Below the pieces are notes generated by a model. The model was not told where the DNA came from. It did no database searches and saw nothing but the letters and a program-made list of their open reading frames with translations. Positions 1 through 8,831 of a stretch of DNA of 64,000 bases are shown here, in pieces. Source of the DNA: Patescibacteria group bacterium. GTDB taxonomy: Bacteria; Patescibacteriota; Minisyncoccia; Moranbacterales; UBA2206. The position numbers were made by a program, and so were the translations under genes. Location: positions 20,135-84,134 of the forward strand of contig JAKLIG010000001.1 in the NCBI GenBank assembly GCA_022709735.1, read 5' to 3'. Numbering within the stretch: position 1 is the stretch's first letter; every line of letters starts with the position of its first letter.

Positions 1-113
1 GAATTTGTTTTTGCGTTTCAATTTCTATCTTTTGCAAAATCAAAAACTCCAGCTTTTCTGGCGGGTTTATTTCTGAGGTTTCTTTAAATAATTGATGAAT
101 TTTTTGGCTCATA
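1..113 (-). CDS. Partial CDS (N-terminus only, start at 113) downstream of and co-oriented with the ECF sigma gene; possible anti-sigma factor
   Basis: Minus-strand ATG at 111-113 (revcomp of ggctcat) opens a reading frame MSQKIHQLFKETSEINPPEK... that runs off the window edge. Its position right after the sigma-factor stop is typical of anti-sigma partners. Function is inferred from position only. Confidence 0.3.
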
Positions 114-167
114 TTTTCTATACGATTTAAGAATTAAAAAAGGTGCAAAAAATCCTAACATCGAATG

Positions 168-725
168 TTAGGAAAGGTTTAGTATTTTTTTCAAAGCTAA
201 AAGCGCTCTTTGATGACGGCTTTTTATCGTGTTATAAGAAGTGTCCAAAATTTCTGAAATTTCCTGGAGAGAAAAGTCTTCTTTATAATGAAGAAGTAAA
301 ATTGTTCGATAATCGGCAGAAAGTTCTTCAAGTTTTTTCTCGAAATTTTTTTCTCTTTCCGCTTTTTCTAAAATTTCCAAAGGCAAAATTTCATCCGTTT
401 GCATATTTTCCAAATGATTATTTCCTTCCTCGTTAACAAAATTGGAAAAGGGGATAGTCTTTTTCTTTTTGAAATAATCCAAGGCGGTATTTTTAGCAAT
501 AGTGAAAATCCAAGTTTTGAAATTTTTGTTCGGTTTGAATTTCCGCAAATTCTTCCAAGCTTTGATAAAAGTTTCCTGCGTTAAATCATCCAGAATATCC
601 GGATCTTTTACCATAATTCGCAGGAAATTATAAACTGGCTTCAGATATTTTTTCAAAAGTTCGCCGAAAGCCTCGTCCTTTCCAGTCAAAAAATCCTCGA
701 TTATTTTTTTGTCTTCTTCGCTCAT
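168..725 (-). CDS. RNA polymerase sigma factor, ECF (sigma-70 region 2/region 4) family
   Basis: 185 aa. Region 2 motif ETFIKAWKNLRKF..NFKTWIFTIAKNTALDYFKKKK and region 4 HTH LQEISEILDTSYNTIKSRHQRALLALK. Confidence 0.85.
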   Translation of the reverse strand: MSEEDKKIIEDFLTGKDEAFGELLKKYLKPVYNFLRIMVKDPDILDDLTQETFIKAWKNLRKFKPNKNFKTWIFTIAKNTALDYFKKKKTIPFSNFVNEEGNNHLENMQTDEILPLEILEKAEREKNFEKKLEELSADYRTILLLHYKEDFSLQEISEILDTSYNTIKSRHQRALLALKKILNLS

Positions 726-802
726 ATTTTAACTATACTTTATCATACAAAAGAAAAACAAAAAACCTGCAAATATAATTGAAACAGGCTCTTGGCGACA
801 AA

Positions 803-1639
803 TTATTTTGTTAATAAGAATAATCCTACAAATAGCAAGATAAATATTCCAAATTTTAAAATTATATTTTTTTCCTTAAAATAAATTTTACCAGTAATAA
901 GTGACCAAAAAACCGACAAAGAACGCTCGCCAGTCATAATTATAGAAGCTGGCGCAAAGCCATAAGCGTAGCTGGTAAAAATTCCGCCAAAGCCTATAGA
1001 AGCAGACTGGATGAAAAATATCGGCTTGGTCAAAAACCTCAAAGGATTTTCTTTTGACATTATTTTTGCAAAAATAAAGAAAAAGACTAATAAGATAATC
1101 TTGATGAATAATTGTTCAGCTAATACTGAATTGTAGTGGGTTATATCGTATTTATAAAGAGAGATAGTAAAAACTGCGTTGATGGCAGTAAAAATAATTA
1201 GAAAAATCCCTTCTTTTTTAATATTTTTATTGATAAAAACAATAACTAGGGCAGTGATGATTACAAGCATCCCAATTATAGGATAAAAACCAATTTTGTA
1301 GCTTAAAATTAAATCAAACACTAAAAGCAGAGGTATTGTTCCAATCCTGACGAAACTAAAAGTTGTTCGGTCGGCCTTAATTATTGCCAAGACTGTTATG
1401 TAAGACTGAAGTATTTCTAAAAATGCGCGGAGCAGAAAAGTTGGAAGAGAAGCCAAGCTAAAAACAAAGTCGGTGCTTTTGAAAATGTATATGAGAATAA
1501 AAAAAATTGCTCCCCAGAAATAATTCAAAAAACCCATTGTGTAAGGGCTCTCCTCTTGGCTAATATTTTTGCTTTTACCAATTGAATCGGAAACCTCTTC
1601 AAAAAAAGCTCCGAAGGCTAATAATATTATACCAATCAT
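803..1639 (-). CDS. Polytopic membrane protein, possibly DMT/EamA-like transporter. Start trimmed to the internal ATG at 1639 because the longer ORF runs into tRNA-Ser.
   Basis: About 10 predicted hydrophobic helices. The ORF-track start at 1711 overlaps the tRNA at 1657-1743. Internal start gives MIGIILLAF... Confidence 0.55.
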   Translation of the reverse strand: MIGIILLAFGAFFEEVSDSIGKSKNISQEESPYTMGFLNYFWGAIFFILIYIFKSTDFVFSLASLPTFLLRAFLEILQSYITVLAIIKADRTTFSFVRIGTIPLLLVFDLILSYKIGFYPIIGMLVIITALVIVFINKNIKKEGIFLIIFTAINAVFTISLYKYDITHYNSVLAEQLFIKIILLVFFFIFAKIMSKENPLRFLTKPIFFIQSASIGFGGIFTSYAYGFAPASIIMTGERSLSVFWSLITGKIYFKEKNIILKFGIFILLFVGLFLLTK

Positions 1640-1656
1640 AAAGAGAAAAAAATTTG

Positions 1657-1743
1657 CGGAAAGGGTGGGATTTGAACCCACGGTCCAGTTGCCCAGACAA
1701 CACCTTAGCACGGTGCCGCTTTAGACCACTCAGCCACCTTTCC
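1657..1743 (-). tRNA. tRNA-Ser (anticodon GCU), class II with long variable arm
   Basis: Revcomp reads GGAAAGGTGGCTGAGTGGTCTAAAGCGGCACC-GTGCTAA-GGTGT + long variable arm + GGGTTCAAATCCCACCCTTTCCG. Anticodon loop is GUGCUAA. Confidence 0.8.
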
Positions 1744-1801
1744 AAAAAATATTTTTTTCACCGATAGTTTTTCTCGACCCCGCACCATTTTTTATTTTCT
1801 G

Positions 1802-1888
1802 CGGAAGCGAGAGGATTCGAACCTCTGGTCCCGTTTCCGAGACAACAGTTTTCAAGACTGTCGCCTTAAACCACTCGGCCACGCTTCC
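1802..1888 (-). tRNA. tRNA-Ser (anticodon UGA), class II
   Basis: Revcomp reads GGAAGCGTGGCCGAGTGGTTTAAGGCGACAGTCTTGAAAACTGTTGTCTCGGAAACGGGACCAGAGGTTCGAATCCTCTCGCTTCCG. Anticodon loop is CUUGAAA. Confidence 0.85.
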
Positions 1889-1904
1889 AGATAAATATTT
1901 ATAA

Positions 1905-1977
1905 TAAAAATGGTGTGGGGCAAGCTGTTCCCTTCCTACCTGCCGGCAGGCAGAAAACCGCTCAGGCACTCTTCCAG
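1905..1977 (-). pseudogene. Degenerate tRNA-Ser 5'-half-like fragment (acceptor + D-arm) followed by an imperfect copy of the 20-bp GC palindrome. Sits immediately 5' of tRNA-Ser(UGA) on the same strand.
   Basis: Minus strand reads GGAAGAGTGCCTGAGCGGTTTTCTGCCTGCCGGCAGGTAGGAAGGG..., about 75% identical to the first 30 nt of tRNA-Ser(UGA), then CTGCCTGCCGGCAGGTAG. No T-arm or matching 3' acceptor. Confidence 0.4.
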
Positions 1978-2053
1978 AAAGCCTATTTCAAATTTACCTC
2001 ATCTTGGCTATGAAAGCAAATATTGTTGTGCTATTATATAAGAAGCAAAAAAT

Positions 2054-2653
2054 ATGTATATACAAAAAAATAAAGAACAAATAGAACAAGAAGAAAAAGA
2101 AACGGAAGAAAAGGAAGAACAAAAACTTTTGCCACCAGATGATTTTTCCGAATTGGAATCTCCGCACGATATGCTGATTGAAAAATATTCCAAGGATGTT
2201 TTTTTGCATTGGCGCGCGCCGGAGTTTGAAACATTCGAGCGGGACCGCAAATGGTATCTTTATATTTCCGCCATCCTCATCGCGATTATTGCCTATGCAA
2301 TTTTTACCAACGGGCTTGTGATGGCGATTACTTTTATTTTGATCGGCGTGGTGGGTTATATTTATATTGAAAAAGAACCGCGAACGCTTGATTTTATGAT
2401 CACTAAAGACGGCGTAATTGCCGGCCGGGAAATTTATGACTTTGATAATTTAAAATCTTTTTGGATTTTTTATGAGGAAGACGGTCTTCGCGTCATCAGT
2501 CTTCACACAGAAAGTTATCTGGCGCCGTTTATCCATATCCCGATTCATGATCAGGACCCCTCGGAAATCAGAAAAATTCTTTTGCAATATATCCCAGAGG
2601 AAGAGCACAAACCGGGAATGATGGATACACTGGATCGATTGTTGAGATTATAA
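2054..2653 (+). CDS. Hypothetical protein with acidic N-terminus and two TM helices
   Basis: 199-aa ORF with no recognisable catalytic motif. Confidence 0.55.
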   Translation: MYIQKNKEQIEQEEKETEEKEEQKLLPPDDFSELESPHDMLIEKYSKDVFLHWRAPEFETFERDRKWYLYISAILIAIIAYAIFTNGLVMAITFILIGVVGYIYIEKEPRTLDFMITKDGVIAGREIYDFDNLKSFWIFYEEDGLRVISLHTESYLAPFIHIPIHDQDPSEIRKILLQYIPEEEHKPGMMDTLDRLLRL

Positions 2654-2667
2654 ACAATGAATTTAAT

Positions 2668-2750
2668 CCGGGGTGTAGTATAGCGGTAGTCGCCTCATCG
2701 GCGACCTTGGTCGTAGAGTGGCGACCCGCCGTAGAGGCGGGTACCATACG
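2668..2750 (+). pseudogene. tRNA-Pro 5'-half-like fragment followed by three short GC-rich hairpins. Not a complete tRNA.
   Basis: CCGGGGTGTAGTATAGCGGTAG closely mirrors the intact tRNA-Pro start CCGGGCTGTAGTATACCGGTAG but lacks a D-stem, anticodon arm or T-arm. It is followed by GTCGCC-tcatc-GGCGAC, GGTCG-tagagtgg-CGACC and CGCC-gtaga-GGCG hairpins. Confidence 0.35.
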
Positions 2751-2757
2751 ATTTATC

Positions 2758-2831
2758 CGGGCTGTAGTATACCGGTAGTACGCGTCCATGGGGTGGATGT
2801 AGACCGAGTTCAATTCTCGGCAGCCCGACCA
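2758..2831 (+). tRNA. tRNA-Pro (anticodon GGG), CCA encoded
   Basis: CGGGCTG-TA-GTATACCGGTAGTAC-G-CGTCC-ATGGGGT-GGATG-TAGAC-CGAGTTCAATTCTCG-CAGCCCG-A-CCA. Confidence 0.8.
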
Positions 2832-2852
2832 AATTAAATTTTTCAAAATTCA

Positions 2853-3371
2853 ATGGATATAATTTCACACGGCCTTTGGGGCTCGGCGGCGTTTGGAAGA
2901 AAAAATAAAAAAACTTTTTTGATAGCTTTTCTGATTGGATTGGCGCCGGACATGTTTTCTTTCGGCATCCTTTTTGTTTATAGAATTATTCTTCGTCTTG
3001 GATTTTTGCCAGAGCCTAGCATTTCTTTAGCGCCAGCACACTTCCCGGTGCCGATTTTTGTGTATAGTTTATATAATATAACGCATAGTCTGATTATTTT
3101 TGCTCTATTTTTTGGCGCAATTTGGCTGATATTTAAAAAGCCATTTTGGCCGATTTTAGCTTGGGGACTGCATATTTTAGTGGATATTCCAAGCCATTCT
3201 TTTGATTTTTTCCCGACGCCTTTTCTCTGGCCAATTTCTAATTTTAAATTTGATGGAATAGGATGGGGAAATCCAATCATATTTTTTCCGAATGTGATTT
3301 TGCTACTTGCAGTTTATGGTTTTTTATTTTTGAGAAAAAGAAAAAAGAAAAAAATTATTTCTTCAAACTAA
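2853..3371 (+). CDS. Hypothetical membrane protein (4-5 TM)
   Basis: 172-aa hydrophobic ORF with a Lys-rich C-terminus. Confidence 0.55.
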   Translation: MDIISHGLWGSAAFGRKNKKTFLIAFLIGLAPDMFSFGILFVYRIILRLGFLPEPSISLAPAHFPVPIFVYSLYNITHSLIIFALFFGAIWLIFKKPFWPILAWGLHILVDIPSHSFDFFPTPFLWPISNFKFDGIGWGNPIIFFPNVILLLAVYGFLFLRKRKKKKIISSN

Positions 3372-4167
3372 TTTCTTGTCTCGCAATCACTGCGCCGAAA
3401 ACTTTTTTTGCGCCGGCGGATTTCAGAATGCGTCCGGCTTCAAAAAGAGTGGAGCCAGTGGTCGAAATGTCGTCGATTAATAAAACGGTTTTATCTTGTA
3501 AAGCGACTCGAATTTTCGAATTGTCACTCGAATGATTCGAATGTTGATTTTGAAAATCCTTGTTTAAACCGAAAATATTTTTGACATTCTTTTGTCTTTC
3601 CTGATAATTTTTTATTTTCATCTGCGCGGTGGTATATTTTTTTCGGATAAGAAAATTTGAAATGACTGACAAGGGAAAGCCAGGTGTCAAAATTTCAGAA
3701 AGATTTTTAGCTAAAATTTCCGATTGGTTGAAACCGCGCCAGCGAAGGCGCCGAGAGTGAAGGGGAATGGGAATAATAAAATCAGGCAAGGGAAGATTGT
3801 GAAAAATAATCGCTTCGGAGATAATTTTAGCTAAAGGCGTGCCTAAATCAGGAATAAAATTATACTTAAAGCAATGAACAAGGCGGGAAATCCCGCTTTT
3901 TTCATATTTTGCGCTCACAATCAGGGCATCTAGTGGCCCAATTTCATTTTTTCCTAAAAATTTATCCTTGCACGAGGGGCAAATTCGTCCAGCGGGAGAA
4001 ATGGCTTTTTCGCAGTACGGGCAGACCTGAATGGGTAAAATCGAAATTTTTTTGGCGCATTCTTCGCAAATCCAATCGCCATATTTTTGACAAAAAAGAC
4101 AGTGAATAGGAAAGAGGGTATCGAGAATGAAATTTTGTAATTTTTCTAAATAATTAATTATGAACAT
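3355..4167 (-). CDS. comFC: ComF family protein (ComFC-like: double zinc ribbon + phosphoribosyltransferase domain)
   Basis: N-terminal CxxC...CxxC pairs (CLFCQKYGDWICEEC, CPYCEKAISPAGRICPSC). C-terminal PRTase motif VLLIDDISTTGSTL. Divergently adjacent to pilM. Confidence 0.8.
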   Translation of the reverse strand: MFIINYLEKLQNFILDTLFPIHCLFCQKYGDWICEECAKKISILPIQVCPYCEKAISPAGRICPSCKDKFLGKNEIGPLDALIVSAKYEKSGISRLVHCFKYNFIPDLGTPLAKIISEAIIFHNLPLPDFIIPIPLHSRRLRWRGFNQSEILAKNLSEILTPGFPLSVISNFLIRKKYTTAQMKIKNYQERQKNVKNIFGLNKDFQNQHSNHSSDNSKIRVALQDKTVLLIDDISTTGSTLFEAGRILKSAGAKKVFGAVIARQEISLKK

Positions 4168-4303
4168 ACTAGTATATTCGTAATAAATTAGAAAATAGTA
4201 AAGAGTTCCTGTGGATAACTTTCCTTATTAGTGTAAATTTGTAAATTATGGTATAATTAGTCTAGAAAAACAAGAAAGTAATTTAGATAAAAATAAAACA
4301 AAA

Positions 4304-5371
4304 ATGTTTGATTTTAGTTTTGGAAGAAAAAAAGTTTTAGGAATTGATATCGGCGCTTCCTCACTCAAAATAGTAGAATTGGAGCTTCGATCCGGAAAGC
4401 CTTATCTTTCTAATTATGCTTGGATGAAAATTCCGGATATTTCGGAAAAGAATAGCGACACGGGTTCTAATTTCTTTGAAAAAGCCATTCCGGAATATAT
4501 AAAAAAAGTTATTAAAACAGCTAATTTTAAGGCGAAAAAAGCCTATGTCTCTATCCCGTCCTTTGGTGGGCTTATAACGCTTATCGATTTTCCACAAATG
4601 GCGCCGGAAGATATGGAGCCAGCTATAAAATTTGAAGCGCATAAATATATCCCAACCTCTTTGGACGAAGTAGTTATCAGTTGGGAAATTGTGAAAAATG
4701 AAATAGAAAAGGAAAATTCTAACAAAAAAGTGCAAGTTCTTTTAGTAGCCGCTTCAAAAAATAAGGTATTGGCTTATGAAAAAATTATAAAAGATGCCGG
4801 ACTTAAGCTTTTGGGAATCGAAATGGAAAATTTGGCAATGGTTGACTCTTTAGTTGGTAATGATCCTGGCAATTTTATAATTGTAGATATAGGCTATCGC
4901 GTTTGCAATATAATTTATACGGAAAAAGGAATTATTAGAGCTAATAGGAATATTGATGCTGGAGGAGGCGATATTACGAAAACTATTTCTACGAGTTTGG
5001 AAATAACTTCAGAAAGAGCGGAAATAATGAAAATTTCTCAAAAAAATTTCTTCAATATTGAATCCAATCTTAATTTTCCTTCACTTGACCTGATTATTGG
5101 AGAAATATTGAGAATAACGAATGCTCTGCCAAAAAATGAAAATGGCTTGCAAATTGATGCATTAATTCTTTCTGGTGGCACAGCTGATCTCGTAGGTCTT
5201 GAAGGTTTCATTCAAAAAAAAGTTGGGGTAAAAACTATTATTGGCAATCCATTTGGGCGGGTCGGCTATGACAAAAAAAATAGTCTGGCTATAGAAAAAA
5301 TCAAAAACCAATTTCCTGTGGCTATGGGACTGGCGCTTAAGGGGCTGGAAAATATCCGCGAAAATAAATAA
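4304..5371 (+). CDS. pilM: Type IV pilus assembly protein PilM (actin-like ATPase fold)
   Basis: 355 aa. N-terminus VLGIDIGASSLKIVELE. Size and position (first gene of a pilMNO-like set) match PilM. Confidence 0.85.
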   Translation: MFDFSFGRKKVLGIDIGASSLKIVELELRSGKPYLSNYAWMKIPDISEKNSDTGSNFFEKAIPEYIKKVIKTANFKAKKAYVSIPSFGGLITLIDFPQMAPEDMEPAIKFEAHKYIPTSLDEVVISWEIVKNEIEKENSNKKVQVLLVAASKNKVLAYEKIIKDAGLKLLGIEMENLAMVDSLVGNDPGNFIIVDIGYRVCNIIYTEKGIIRANRNIDAGGGDITKTISTSLEITSERAEIMKISQKNFFNIESNLNFPSLDLIIGEILRITNALPKNENGLQIDALILSGGTADLVGLEGFIQKKVGVKTIIGNPFGRVGYDKKNSLAIEKIKNQFPVAMGLALKGLENIRENK

Positions 5372-5406
5372 ATTAACAAATATAAATAATTAAATAATAA
5401 AAAAAT

Positions 5407-5928
5407 ATGCCAAATATAAATTTAGCGATTGGAGATGTCTCAAAAACTAATTCCGATCCGGCCGGAAAAGGTTTAGTTTTTGCTGTAGCCGTTTTAATAA
5501 TAACGATAGTGCTATACGGAGCCCTGCTTATTGTCAATCGCGTCTTATCTTCAAAAATAGATGCAGTTAAAAATGAATATAGCATTGAATATAGCAAATT
5601 TTTGTCAGGAAAAGGCAATGAGATAGTTGATTTTAAAAATCGAAGCGATGTAGCAGGAAAAATAATTACAGAGAATAAATCAATGGCAGATGTTCTTGGA
5701 AAAGTAGAAAGTTCCATGCTTTCTTCGGTTTATCTGGATTCTTTTAAATACGAAAAAGCCAAAAAAACAGTTTCCTTGCTTTGCGTGGGTGATAGTTTTG
5801 ATACAGTTGCTAAACAAATATTGAGTTTCAAGCAAAATGATTATTTCTCCGCCGTCATTCCTGGCCGGAGTTTTCTGGATTCCAAGAATAATAAATTGAA
5901 TTTTTCTATAGATTTAATAATAAAATAA
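5407..5928 (+). CDS. pilN: PilN-like type IV pilus assembly protein (single N-terminal TM)
   Basis: 173 aa, one TM near the N-terminus, follows pilM. Assignment by position and topology. Confidence 0.5.
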   Translation: MPNINLAIGDVSKTNSDPAGKGLVFAVAVLIITIVLYGALLIVNRVLSSKIDAVKNEYSIEYSKFLSGKGNEIVDFKNRSDVAGKIITENKSMADVLGKVESSMLSSVYLDSFKYEKAKKTVSLLCVGDSFDTVAKQILSFKQNDYFSAVIPGRSFLDSKNNKLNFSIDLIIK

Positions 5929-5940
5929 TAAAATAAAAAT

Positions 5941-6690
5941 ATGAAAGTAAAAATATTACTTTTGCCTCTTGTACTAGTAATTGCAGTTGCAGTTTTCATT
6001 TGGCTAGTTTATCCAGCTTATTCCAATGGAGTTAACGGGGTAAGTGAAAATTATACCAAATTAAAAAGTGAACAGTCCAAACTTTTAGATCTTCAAAAAA
6101 GAAGTGAAAATACAAATAATCTTTCTGCGCAAATTTCTGCCTTAACAGAAAAGGACATTCTTTATGCTTTTATTCCAGAAAGCGCAAAAGAGGAAGAAAT
6201 AATTAAAAGTTTAAGCAGTTTGGCTTCTGCTTCCAGCCTTCTTTTTTTCGACACGACAATAAAACAAGCGACTCAAGAAAAGATTAGCGAGGATGAATCA
6301 GCTATAACCGGCGAAGAACCATCCGCATTGCCAAAGATTAAAAAGCTTGAAACAGAAATGAAACTAGCTGGCAATTACGAAAAGATAAAAGAATTTTTAA
6401 ACAGTCTTGGAAAGTTCGGCCGGAGCAATGAATTTGAGACTTTGGAAATAAACCGGAATAATTCCGGAACTGCACTGGCTTCCGGAGCAGAGGTTCTTTC
6501 GGTTAATGCTAAAGCAAATTTCAATGTCTTGAAAAAAGCGGAACTAAATGATCAAAATGTTATAAATCCAATTTTCTCTAGTTCCAAATTGGAAACTAAA
6601 GTTATTGCGGAAATAAAAAACCAAAAAAATACTAATAATTTCCAGGTGAATGTTGAACAAAAAGGGAAGAGCAATCTTTTTCAGCCGTAA
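5941..6690 (+). CDS. pilO: PilO-like type IV pilus assembly protein (N-terminal TM + coiled coil)
   Basis: 249 aa with TM and coiled-coil segment, third gene of the pilMNO-like set. Confidence 0.45.
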   Translation: MKVKILLLPLVLVIAVAVFIWLVYPAYSNGVNGVSENYTKLKSEQSKLLDLQKRSENTNNLSAQISALTEKDILYAFIPESAKEEEIIKSLSSLASASSLLFFDTTIKQATQEKISEDESAITGEEPSALPKIKKLETEMKLAGNYEKIKEFLNSLGKFGRSNEFETLEINRNNSGTALASGAEVLSVNAKANFNVLKKAELNDQNVINPIFSSSKLETKVIAEIKNQKNTNNFQVNVEQKGKSNLFQP

Positions 6691-6699
6691 TTTTTCTTT

Positions 6700-8415
6700 A
6701 TGCAAAATAGTTCATCTTCGCAAAGCCGAACTGCCGTAAGTTCAGCTATTGCGGATGATAAAAAAATAAATAGTCGCATTTCCGATTCCTTAAAAAAAGA
6801 AAAAGAGGAATATGAAGGTATTATCCGATTAGAAAAAGCTCCAAAGAAAATTGAGGAAAGTGCAATAAACCTGATTCCTAAGGAAGTTTCGGAAAAATAT
6901 AAAATTGTAGCCTTCGAAAAGAAGGGCAATTTGGTGAAGATTGCAATGGTTAATCCGAAAGATATTATGGCCCTTAACGCTTTGCGTTTCGTAGCAGAAA
7001 AAGAAAATGTAGAATTAGATGTTTATCTTGTTAGCCAAGAAATTTTTAGGGAAATTATCGAACAATACAGTAGCCCAGCCGAAGCGCTCAAAGAAGCAGT
7101 CCAATCGTTCAAAAAAGAAGTTATTTTTGACGAAAGTGAAGAGGAAAAATCAGGAAAAATTGAAAAACAAAGTGAAGTCCTAAAAGATGCGCCAGTTACT
7201 AAATTAGTGGAAGTGATAATTGGGCATGCAGTAGAAGGTAGCGCCAGCGATATCCATATTGAACCGATGGACAAAGATTATCGCGTGAGATTTCGAGTGG
7301 ATGGAATTTTGCATGTGAGTCTTATCATGCCCAAAGAAATCGGACCAGCGGTGATTTCTCGGATAAAAATTCTGGCTAATCTCAAAATTGACGAGAAAAG
7401 AAAACCGCAGGATGGAAGATTTCGAACGATAAGCGAAGGCAAGGAAATAGATTTTCGCGTTTCCACTTTGCCGGTAATTTCCGGAGAAAAAATAGTAATG
7501 AGAATTCTCGACAAAGACCAGGGCCTGGCCAGCATTGAAGCGCTTGGACTTTTTGGAACAGCCTTGGAAAATGTTAAAAAAGCGATTCAGGAAACTTACG
7601 GGATGATACTTTTTACAGGTCCGACCGGGTCGGGTAAATCCACCTCTCTTTACGCCCTTTTAAAAATATTAAATAGTGAAGAAAGAAATATTATTACCCT
7701 AGAAGACCCGATTGAATATAATATTGAAGGACTAAATCAAAGCCAGATAAAACCCGAAATAGGCTATACTTTTGCGTCAGGTCTTCGAACGATTCTTCGC
7801 CAAGATCCAAATGTTATAATGGTAGGAGAAATTCGAGACAGTGAAACAGCAGAGCTGGCTGTGCATGCTGCGCTCACCGGGCATTTGATGTTTTCCACTT
7901 TACATACCAACACGGCAACAGGCGCAATTCCACGGCTTATCGATATGGGAATTGAACCGTTTCTTTTGGCTTCATCGATTAGAATTGTAGTGGCTCAGCG
8001 TTTGGTTCGAAAAATTTGTGAAAAATGCAAGGAAGAAAAAAAAGTGCCGGATTCTGTGAGAGAAGCGATAAAAAAAGAAATAACCGGCATTTCTGAAAAT
8101 GAGTTCAAAAAATATGGAATTGATCCCAAAAAAGAAATAAAATTTTTTCATGGCAAAGGCTGTGATGAATGCAACGGCACCGGGCTTCGCGGACGGCTGG
8201 CGATTTATGAAGCGGTTCCAGCTAATGAAAATATCAGGAATATAATTACGGAAAAAAGGGGAAGCGACGAACTTATTCGAAAAGAGCGAGAAGATTTGAA
8301 AATTCTAACGATAAAACAAGATGGAATATTGAAAATAATCAAAGGAATGACTACGATCGAAGAAGTGGATAGAGTAACAGAAGGAAATATGGCGCTAGAA
8401 GAAGAAAATGATTAA
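6700..8415 (+). CDS. pilB: Type IV pilus assembly ATPase PilB (GspE family)
   Basis: N-terminal T2SS_N-like domain, Walker A GPTGSGKST, Asp/His boxes, C-terminal Zn-finger CEKC...CDEC. Confidence 0.9.
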   Translation: MQNSSSSQSRTAVSSAIADDKKINSRISDSLKKEKEEYEGIIRLEKAPKKIEESAINLIPKEVSEKYKIVAFEKKGNLVKIAMVNPKDIMALNALRFVAEKENVELDVYLVSQEIFREIIEQYSSPAEALKEAVQSFKKEVIFDESEEEKSGKIEKQSEVLKDAPVTKLVEVIIGHAVEGSASDIHIEPMDKDYRVRFRVDGILHVSLIMPKEIGPAVISRIKILANLKIDEKRKPQDGRFRTISEGKEIDFRVSTLPVISGEKIVMRILDKDQGLASIEALGLFGTALENVKKAIQETYGMILFTGPTGSGKSTSLYALLKILNSEERNIITLEDPIEYNIEGLNQSQIKPEIGYTFASGLRTILRQDPNVIMVGEIRDSETAELAVHAALTGHLMFSTLHTNTATGAIPRLIDMGIEPFLLASSIRIVVAQRLVRKICEKCKEEKKVPDSVREAIKKEITGISENEFKKYGIDPKKEIKFFHGKGCDECNGTGLRGRLAIYEAVPANENIRNIITEKRGSDELIRKEREDLKILTIKQDGILKIIKGMTTIEEVDRVTEGNMALEEEND

Positions 8416-8445
8416 AAAATAAATAATTTATTAAAGAATAAAAAT

Positions 8446-8826
8446 ATGGCTGATGCAAAAAAAACAATTATGATTGTGGAAGATGATTCTTTTGTGATGG
8501 ACATTTATGAAACCAAAATAGCCAAGGAGGGTTTTGGAGTGATAACAGCGGTCAATGGAGCGGAAGCAGTGAAAAAATTGGAAGAAGGCGCACGACCGGA
8601 CCTTATTCTTTTGGATATAATTATGCCGTATATGGACGGGCTGGAGGTACTTAAAAAAATAAAATCAAACGACAATTTGAAAAATATTCCAGTGGTGCTC
8701 CTTACTAACTTGAGTCAAAAAGAAGAAATTCAAGAAGGTTTTGATTTGGGAGCGGAAGATTATCTTATCAAATCGCATTTTACTCCGTCGGAAGTTATGG
8801 AAAAAATTAATAAATATCTAAAATAA
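8446..8826 (+). CDS. Response regulator receiver domain protein (CheY-like, single domain)
   Basis: MIVEDDSFVMDIY...LLDIIMPYMDGLEVLKKIK...KS: receiver-domain Asp pocket and conserved Lys. Confidence 0.85.
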   Translation: MADAKKTIMIVEDDSFVMDIYETKIAKEGFGVITAVNGAEAVKKLEEGARPDLILLDIIMPYMDGLEVLKKIKSNDNLKNIPVVLLTNLSQKEEIQEGFDLGAEDYLIKSHFTPSEVMEKINKYLK

Positions 8827-8831
8827 TTATT

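Noticed and set aside
143-436. 97-aa plus-strand ORF
   Set aside because: Lies entirely antisense to the well-supported ECF sigma factor gene (168-725, minus) and has low-complexity composition. Judged spurious.
2568-2846. 92-aa minus-strand ORF
   Set aside because: Overlaps tRNA-Pro and the tRNA-like fragment. No coding features.
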